Shown here one piece after another: positions 56,086 to 64,000 of a stretch of DNA of 64,000 bases; the first letter of the stretch is position 1; each line of letters opens with the position of its first letter. The position numbers and the translations under genes were made by a program. The notes beneath the pieces are model-generated. The model had not been told where the DNA came from, ran no database searches, and saw only the letters and a program-made list of their open reading frames with translations. Origin of the DNA: Ascoidea asiatica JCM 7603 (lineage: Eukaryota > Fungi > Ascomycota); contig BCKQ01000002.1 in assembly GCA_001600695.1 (NCBI GenBank), positions 1,437,340 to 1,501,339 on the forward strand. Direction: 5' to 3'.

Positions 56086-58560
56086 ATGAACTTCAATAAT
56101 AATCCCAACAACTCCATTCTTAATTCGTTTATTGAAGATGATATAGATACCGAAGATCTGGTTCATCATGAAAAGTTTAGTTCCATAGAAGCAAATACAG
56201 ATTATAAACATTTTGATTTGGAAAATGGGTCGAAACTTCAAAATGAAGAATCATTAAATATATATGATAATGACAAGGAATTAAACAATGAAATATTGGA
56301 GTTGAAAAATCAAATTGAGTCTTTGAAAGAACTTAATCTATCTCAGATGCTATGTCATAAAAATGATATTAGCGTTTTAGAATCAAAAAATAATTCATTG
56401 AATCTTGAAATATCAAATTTGAAAAGTGATAATGGATTTTTATTTCATCAAAAGCAAGAATTAGAAGATAAAATAAAGAATTTAAATGGAATTAATTCTC
56501 TAAAAATCACTGAGCTTACCACAGATAATGATACTTTGAAATTAAAAATTCAAGAAGTAAATAATAAAGTTTCCGAAAAAGATTCAACTATTAATAGTTT
56601 ACAACAACAAGTAAACACTTTTCAAAAGACAATTAGTGAATCTATTGAATCAAACTCATCTTTTTCAAGTCAATTAGGTAAGCAAATTCAAGATTTATTG
56701 AATGAGAATATAACATTAAGAAGCCAAGTTGAATTAACAGCAAGTACAAAAAATGACGAAAACAATAATAATGAGCTCGAAAAAACTAAAAATGATTTGT
56801 TAAATCAATTAAATATAAATAAAACATTGAGTGATAGAGTCATAAAACTCGAACAAGAGTTATTTTCATTGAAAAAGACTTCTCAACAAACTAATGGCTC
56901 GGAAATTAAAGGCCCAAGTAATATACAAGATACCTCTTTGAATAGGTCCTTAAATAATGCTTCAGTGATAGATAATTCTACAGTTACAAATACAGACTCG
57001 GATTCATTAATTCCAATTTTACAAGATAAAATTTTTTCATTGAAAAAAAAAGTAGCAATATTACCATCATTATCAAATGATTTAAATTCTTTGAAAATAA
57101 TAAATCTTAAATATAAACAATTTTTTGAAAAAATTTCATATTTCATGGCTTCTTCAGATACTACAGATATGAACTCCTTTTTATTATCATTCAAGAATAA
57201 TTCTAATGAAAATGAATTATTGAAATGTCAAGTTGAACTGTTAAATAATTATAATGGTGAATTATTGTCATCAATTGATACTTTGAACCAAAAAATTGGA
57301 GAATATAAAGTTCAAAATTTTCAAAATATAGAGAAATTAAACTCTGAATCAAATTTAAGAAGAAATATTGAAAATGAGAAAATTTTAGCTCAGGAAGAAT
57401 GCAATTTATTGAATGAACAAATTAAAAGACTTGATTCTATAATTAATAGACTGATCACTAATAATAAGTCTAACACTAGTTCTAATATTCCGACATTGAA
57501 CAATCAAGCTCAAAAAAATCAAAAATATCAGAAAAATAGATACAATAAGCAAAAGCCATTAGAAGCAAATAAAGATGATAAATCCAATTTAAATAAGAAA
57601 GATGAATTGAAATTGGATGTTCATGTGAAAAAGCTTCAGGAGTTGATTGTAAAATATAAAAAGCAAATTGAGAATATAAATAAAGAATATGCTTCAAGCC
57701 AAGGCTTGGAAACTTTTGAAGCTGATATAAAAAGAAAAAGACCAAACAATGGATCCACTAATTCAACTGCAGTTAAAAATATAACCAAAGATTTCGAAAA
57801 TGAATTTGTTAGTTTGAATAATAAACTTTTAGCTCAGAAAAAAGAAATGAGTATTATCGAAAAACAAAAGGAATTCTTGGAAAATGAAAAAAAAACCTTG
57901 ACAGAAAAACTTGCCAATATTTCAAATTTACAGGTAGAAGAGCAAAAACTAAAAATCTATCAATTAGAAAATAACCCAGTTCAAAATTATAAAAAAATAA
58001 AACAGGAATTTTTGGATTCACTTCAAAATGAAAATAGAGATTTACTAAAATTAATAAATAATAAAGCAAATGAAACGGGTGAAGAACTTAAGACTATACC
58101 CAGAAGTTCTTTCGATCGATTACTTTTAGAACAAGAATCATTTGGGAGAGACCTAGCACTGTCAAATAAAAGGATTACAAGATTAAGAGAAGTATATAAC
58201 AAAAAATCTCTAGAATTCTTGAATTCAATTAATTTATTATTTGGCTTTGATATAGAATTTGTCCCTAATTCTAGAAAAGTAAAATTATCTTCCATTTTGA
58301 ATAAGACTAGTTCGAGTAAAAAGGAAAATGATGATCAAGTAGCAAATATGGATGATCTTAAAGAAGCATCAGACATTTCTTTAATTATTGATCCATTTTC
58401 TAAAACATTTCAGATTTCTCAAGGGGGAAATGATGACTTCAATAAAAAGTGTCGAGGATTAATTGATTTTTGGATTAAAGATAAAAAAGAAATACCATGC
58501 TTTTTAGCTGCTTTAACACTAGAACTTTTTGAACTAAATTCTAACGCTTTGATAAAATAA
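56086..58560 (+). CDS. MAD1: Spindle assembly checkpoint protein Mad1
   Basis: Long coiled coil; KIYQLENNP (Mad2-binding-type motif); KRITRLREVY (RLK-like); RWD C-terminus LFGFDI...WI....EIPCFLAALTLELFE. Confidence 0.9.
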   Translation: MNFNNNPNNSILNSFIEDDIDTEDLVHHEKFSSIEANTDYKHFDLENGSKLQNEESLNIYDNDKELNNEILELKNQIESLKELNLSQMLCHKNDISVLESKNNSLNLEISNLKSDNGFLFHQKQELEDKIKNLNGINSLKITELTTDNDTLKLKIQEVNNKVSEKDSTINSLQQQVNTFQKTISESIESNSSFSSQLGKQIQDLLNENITLRSQVELTASTKNDENNNNELEKTKNDLLNQLNINKTLSDRVIKLEQELFSLKKTSQQTNGSEIKGPSNIQDTSLNRSLNNASVIDNSTVTNTDSDSLIPILQDKIFSLKKKVAILPSLSNDLNSLKIINLKYKQFFEKISYFMASSDTTDMNSFLLSFKNNSNENELLKCQVELLNNYNGELLSSIDTLNQKIGEYKVQNFQNIEKLNSESNLRRNIENEKILAQEECNLLNEQIKRLDSIINRLITNNKSNTSSNIPTLNNQAQKNQKYQKNRYNKQKPLEANKDDKSNLNKKDELKLDVHVKKLQELIVKYKKQIENINKEYASSQGLETFEADIKRKRPNNGSTNSTAVKNITKDFENEFVSLNNKLLAQKKEMSIIEKQKEFLENEKKTLTEKLANISNLQVEEQKLKIYQLENNPVQNYKKIKQEFLDSLQNENRDLLKLINNKANETGEELKTIPRSSFDRLLLEQESFGRDLALSNKRITRLREVYNKKSLEFLNSINLLFGFDIEFVPNSRKVKLSSILNKTSSSKKENDDQVANMDDLKEASDISLIIDPFSKTFQISQGGNDDFNKKCRGLIDFWIKDKKEIPCFLAALTLELFELNSNALIK

Positions 58561-59191
58561 TTTGATCTCTGAAATTTAATATATCATATTTGATGCTTTC
58601 GCTTCTCAAAAAAATGAACTATTTTACAATTCAAGATGAAAATTACTTGGTTCTCAAGAAAAAAAAAAAAAGCTTTAATTACCAGGAAATTTATTTAATT
58701 TCTTTTAGCCAATAGATATGGTGGTAATAAACAGATTTCGCTGTTGATATAATTTGGATCCACGCCTTGATATACTAAATTCCCAATGTGTTTTTGAATG
58801 ATAAATTTTCGTGGAGTCTAATATATATTTCATGTAGAGAATATGAAATGAATGCTTATTTGTACCAGTATATAACTTAACTAAAAATCATAAATTCTTA
58901 ATCGGGTTAAAATTATTGTGATAAACGCCAAAAAGAAAAATAAATCAAAAATTACTTTTGTTTCACGTTAGCAAAATAAACACGGCGTCACGGGATTTGC
59001 CACAGATTTTCAATAACGGGAAAGTTTTAAAAAGAAGGCAAGACATGAAAAACAATTTACAAACTAATAAAAGTGAAATAATCAACAAAAATTGGCTTCT
59101 TTTTGAATAAAAAAAGGAACAGAGATATATAATTATTTATATATTTTCAGTGATCAATATTTACTTATTTTTCATTTGAAGTTTGTTATCG

Positions 59192-62100
59192 ATGTCCCAA
59201 TTTCCATTTTCCAGTGCTCCTTTGAGGGCTGTTAAGGAGGTAAGAATTTTTCATTTTTAATTAATTTAAAAAAACCATATTTTTATTTGGATTAATTACA
59301 ATGAATAAATATACTAACTGTTTGTTACTTTAGGTTCAATTCGGGCTTTTTTCTCCTGAAGAAGTTGTAAGTATATTTTCTTTTATGTTAAATATGAGGT
59401 TAGGAGCATTTTCCCTTTTAAAAATCATTTTTGCTAATATTATCTATTTTATCTAGCGAGCAATTAGTGTTGCAAAAATTGAATTCTCCGAAATCATGGA
59501 TGAAAATAGAAGACCGAAAAAAGGTGGTCTCAATGATCCTAGATTAGGCTCTATAGATCGTAATTTTAAGTGTCAAACATGTGGTGAAGATATGTCTGAA
59601 TGTCCTGGGCATTTCGGCCATTTAGAATTAGCAAAACCAGTTTTTCATATTGGTTTCATTTCAAAAATAAAAAAGGTTTGTGAATCCGTTTGTATGAACT
59701 GTGGTAAAATATTAGGTGATGAAGAATCTCCTGATTATAGAAAGGCAATTAGAATCAAGGATCCCAAGAAAAGATTCCAGGCAGTATGGAGAGTTTGTAG
59801 AGCAAAAATGCGTTGTGAGCTTGACGAAGAAGATGAAGATGAAAACGAAGGTCAATCAAATTCAAAACCATCAACTGGTGGATGTGGAGCTGATCAGCCA
59901 ATTATACGTCGTGATGGGTTGAAACTTTGGGGAACTTGGAAAACCAAAGATGCTGATGATGAAAATGTAACTGCCCCTGATAAGAGACCTTTAACCCCAA
60001 CTGAAGTATTAGATATATTCAAACATATTTCTTTGGAAGATAGCCGTAAACTTGGTTTTGATGAAGATTATGCTCGTCCAGAATGGATGATACTTACTGT
60101 TTTACCTGTACCTCCTCCACAAGTCCGTCCTTCCATTTCTTTCAATGAATCTGCTAGAGGTGAGGATGATTTAACTTTCAAATTAGCTGATATTTTAAAA
60201 ACAAGTAAAAATGTTCAAAAACTAGAAATGGATGGTTCTCCACAGCATGTTATTAGTGAGTTTGAGAATTTATTACAATATCATGTTGCAACATATATGG
60301 ATAATGACATTGCAGGTCAACCTCCCTCAAGACATAAATCAGGAAGGCCAATTAAATCTATTAGAGCTCGTTTAAAGGGTAAGGAAGGTAGATTAAGAGG
60401 AAACTTAATGGGAAAGCGTGTAGATTTTTCAGCTCGTACTGTTATTTCTGGAGATCCTAACTTGGATTTAGATCAAGTTGGGGTTCCAAGAAGTATTGCT
60501 CGTACCCTTACATACCCTGAAATTGTTACTCCTTATAACATTCATAGATTAACACAGTATGTTAAAAATGGTCCAAATGAACATCCTGGTGCAAAATATG
60601 TCATTCGTGATACAGGTGATCGTATTGATTTGAAATATCATAAAAGTGCAGGAGATATTCAATTACAATATGGTTGGAAAGTTGAACGTCATTTAATGGA
60701 TAATGATCCTGTTCTTTTTAACCGTCAACCTTCATTACATAAAATGTCCATGATGTGCCATAGAGTAAAAGTAATGCCATTTTCAACTTTTAGAATAAAT
60801 TTATCTGTCACAACTCCTTATAATGCTGATTTTGATGGAGATGAAATGAATTTACATGTTCCACAATCTGCCGAAACACGAGCTGAACTACAAAATTTAG
60901 TAGCAGTTCCATTACAGATTGTTTCCCCCCAATCAAATAAACCGGTTATGGGTATTGTTCAAGATACTCTTTGTGGTGTACGTAAAATGACCGTTAAAGA
61001 TATATTTCTTGAATATGACCATGTCATGCAAATTTGTTTTTGGGTAAAGAACTGGGATGGTATAATCCCGCCACCAGCTATATTAAAGCCTAAACCATTA
61101 TGGACAGGAAAACAAATGCTTTCATTAGCTGTTCCTAAAGGTATCCATCTTCTTAGATTTGATGAAAAGACAACTCTTTTAAGTCCTAGTGATAACGGTA
61201 TGCTTATTATAGATGGAGAATTAATGTTCGGAGTTGTAAATAAAAAAACAGTAGGTGCTACAAATGGTGGTCTTATTCATACAGTCATGAGAGAGAAAGG
61301 TCATAAAGTATGTGCAGATCTTTTTGGTAATATTCAGAAAGTAGTAAATTATTGGCTATTGCATAATGGGTTTTCAATTGGTATCGGTGATACTATTGCT
61401 GATGCAGAAACTATGAGAAAAATTAATAGTACTATTGCTGATGCCAAACAGAAAGTTCAAGATCTAATTTTGGATACACAAGCAAATCGATTGGAACTAG
61501 AACCAGGTATGACTCTTAGAGAGTCTTTTGAATCCAAAGTATCAAGAGTTCTTAATCAAGCTCGTGACGATGCTGGTCATTGTGCTGAAGAAAATTTAAA
61601 GGACTTGAATAACGTTAAACAGATGGTTATTTCTGGATCCAAAGGTTCTTTCATTAATATTTCTCAAATGTCAGCTTGTGTTGGACAGCAGATTGTTGAA
61701 GGAAAAAGAATTCCTTTTGGTTTTTCAGATCGTACCTTGCCACATTTTACAAAGGATGATTTCAGTCCTGAATCCAAAGGTTTCGTGGAAAATTCATATT
61801 TAAGAGGATTGACACCTCAAGAGTTTTTTTTTCATGCGATGGCTGGTCGTGAGGGTTTAATTGACACAGCTGTTAAAACTGCCGAAACAGGTTATATCCA
61901 ACGTCGTTTGGTCAAAGCTTTAGAAGATATCATGGTTCATTATGATGGTACGACAAGAAACTCTGTCGGAGCTGTTATTCAATTCATATATGGAGAAGAT
62001 GGTCTTGATGCCACTCAGGTTGAAAATCAACCAATCGATACTATTCCAGGTTCAACAGTTAAATTTGAGCAGAAATATAGAATAGATTTAATGGATCCAA

Positions 62101-64000
62101 ATAAGTCTCTTCGTCCTTCATTGATAGAATATGGTGATGATATTCGAGGTGATACTGCTTTGCAAGAATATCTTGATGAAGAGTATGACCAACTTCTAAA
62201 AGATCGTCACTATTTAAGAACAACTGTATTCCCTAATGGGGATTTCAAATGGCCATTGCCCGTTAACGTTCGTCGTGTTATTCAAAATGCTCAACAGAAT
62301 TTTCACTGTGATAGAGGGGAAGCAAGTGATCTAAGATTGGAATATATTATAGCGGGAGTGAAAAAGTTGTGCAGTAATTTAACCGTATTTCGTGGAAAAG
62401 GACCCTTGATAGAAGAGGCCCAAGAAAATGCAACTCTATTATTCCAATGCCTACTACGTTCAAGATTTGCTTGTCGTCGAGTATTAGAAGAATATAAGCT
62501 AAATAAGGCTGCGTTTGATTGGATAATGGGGGAAATCCAGTCCTTATTTCAGAAATCATTGGTTCATCCTGGTGAAATGGTAGGTGTTGTAGCAGCACAG
62601 TCAATTGGTGAACCTGCTACTCAAATGACATTGAATACTTTTCATTATGCGGGTGTTTCTTCAAAGAATGTTACACTTGGTGTACCTCGTCTTAAAGAAA
62701 TTCTTAATGTTGCAAAAAATATCAAAACTCCTTCACTTACTGTATACTTGGAGCCAGAATACGCTAATGATAAAGTTAAAGCAAAAGAACTTCAGTCTGC
62801 TATACAATATACAACTCTAGGAAGTGTGACGAAGGCAACTGAAATTTACTACGATCCAGACCCTCGTACCACTATTATTAATGAAGATTATGAAATGGTT
62901 GAAGGTTATTTTGCAATACCCGATGAATCTATAGAGAAAAGTTTGGATCAACAGTCTCCTTGGCTTTTACGTATTGAGGTCGATAGAAAATCATTATTAG
63001 ATAAGCAGCTTACTCTTTCTCAGGTAGCAGGAACTATTGAAAGTGCCTTTGGAGATGATTTGTTTGTTATTTGGTCAGCAGATGCTTCTAGTGATAAGTT
63101 AATTATTCGTTGTCGTGTTGTGCGAGATGAAAAGGTTGCTTTCGCTGAAACTAAACAAGAAGATAGAATACTTAAAGAAATAGAGCAAAATATCCTTATT
63201 CTTCCGTTGAGAGGAGTTGAAGATATATCCAGAGTTTTCATTTCCAAGAAAAAGTTTGAAGTTGTTGCAACTCCTGGACAAGTAGTCAAAGATCCTGAAA
63301 ATGAAAATGATCCAGGAAAAGTTGCCGAAGGTGGAGAATATGTTCAAGTTCAACAGTTTTTCTTGGAAACAGATGGTTGTAATTTATCAGAGGTTATGAC
63401 AGTTTCTGGAATCGATTCTACAAAAATCTATTCCAATAACTTTGTAGAGATTCTTGAAGTTTTGGGAATAGAAGCCACACGTGCTGCATTGTTCAAAGAG
63501 ATTTACCAAGTTATTTCTTTTGATGGTGGTGTTGTTAATTATAGACATATGGCTATACTAGTAGATGCAATGACATCTCGTGGTCATTTAATGGCTATCA
63601 CACGTCATGGTATCAATAGAGCAGATACTGGTGCTTTAATGAGAGCCTCTTTTGAGGAGACTGTTGAAATTCTTTTAGAAGCAGGTGCTGCAGCAGAGCT
63701 TGATGATTGTTCTGGTGTTTCAGAGAATGTTTTACTTGGCCAAATAGCTCCTCTTGGAACTGGTGCATTTGATGTTATGATAGATGAAAATATGTTAAGC
63801 ACTATCCCCAATAATTATAACTTACCTTCAGCTGCTCTTGTTCAAGGATCTGATGATCTTAATGGTGCTGCCACTCCATATGATTCTAGATCACCAATGC
63901 ATGCAGATTCTAATGATGCTGATGAGTTGGATGCTTCCACAATGTTTTCTCCTATTCGTGATATATCTACCAATGATACCCATGGAGGGTTGACTGATTA
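59192..64000 (+). CDS. RPO21: RNA polymerase II largest subunit Rpb1; exons 59192-59239, 59334-59366 and 59457 to beyond the window end (CTD not reached)
   Basis: [16 protein letters not shown]|[11 protein letters not shown]|RAISVAKI; [12 protein letters not shown]; [10 protein letters not shown]; NADFDGD at 60822 in frame; bridge helix [21 protein letters not shown]; trigger loop TQMTLNTFH. Confidence 0.99.
59240..59333 (+). other. RPB1 intron 1 (94 nt, phase 0)
   Basis: GTAAGA donor, TACTAAC branch 59312-59318, TAG acceptor. Confidence 0.93.
59367..59456 (+). other. RPB1 intron 2 (90 nt, phase 0)
   Basis: GTAAGT donor, TGCTAAT branch 59432-59438, TAG acceptor. Confidence 0.93.

Noticed and set aside
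4227-58295. Many short ORFs nested in or antisense to real genes (e.g. 4227, 9968, 11955, 14754, 17053, 18250, 44290, 47876, 55240, 56883, 58023)
   Set aside because: Shadow frames of low-complexity or codon-biased CDS
59716-63811. Track ORFs 59716, 62347, 63020, 63099, 63605
   Set aside because: Alternative or antisense frames inside RPB1

Overview
A 64 kb, extremely AT-rich window of budding-yeast (Saccharomycotina) nuclear DNA. The poly-Asn-laden proteins and short introns with relaxed branch points remind me of Ascoidea-like yeasts, but that is a guess. It holds 25 protein genes: an HSF-domain Sfl1/Mga1-type factor, MIC10, PFA5, a PDH-kinase, a Yap3/Fcr3-type bZIP, RPN1, GOS1, EXG1, FAT1, BUD21, ATX2, YKU80, MTC2, UTP11, AIP1, SLM1, PAN3, SRX1, FBP1, NUT2, BRE2, MAD1, RPO21/RPB1 and two orphans. 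RPB1 is absent from the ORF track; it has two 5' introns and runs off the right edge. I reconstructed four spliceosomal introns by hand (ATX2, PAN3, two in RPB1). I found no tRNA, rRNA, transposon or CRISPR array. The most striking unexplained structure is non-coding. Short GC/CpG-rich islands (up to about 60-67% GC in hand-counted 60-mers) sit only in promoter-containing intergenic regions, while coding DNA falls to a few % GC in places. The islands share recurring motifs (TCACGTG, CGGGTAA, YGCACC, CAACGCAMCTT, TTCCGGG), and several are framed by inverted repeats. One (11403-11548) can fold into two mutually exclusive RNA structures. Near 53.9 kb the composition changes abruptly: poly-Asn tracts and microsatellites largely disappear and G/C-ending codons return. 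All protein calls come from recognised motifs, not database searches.
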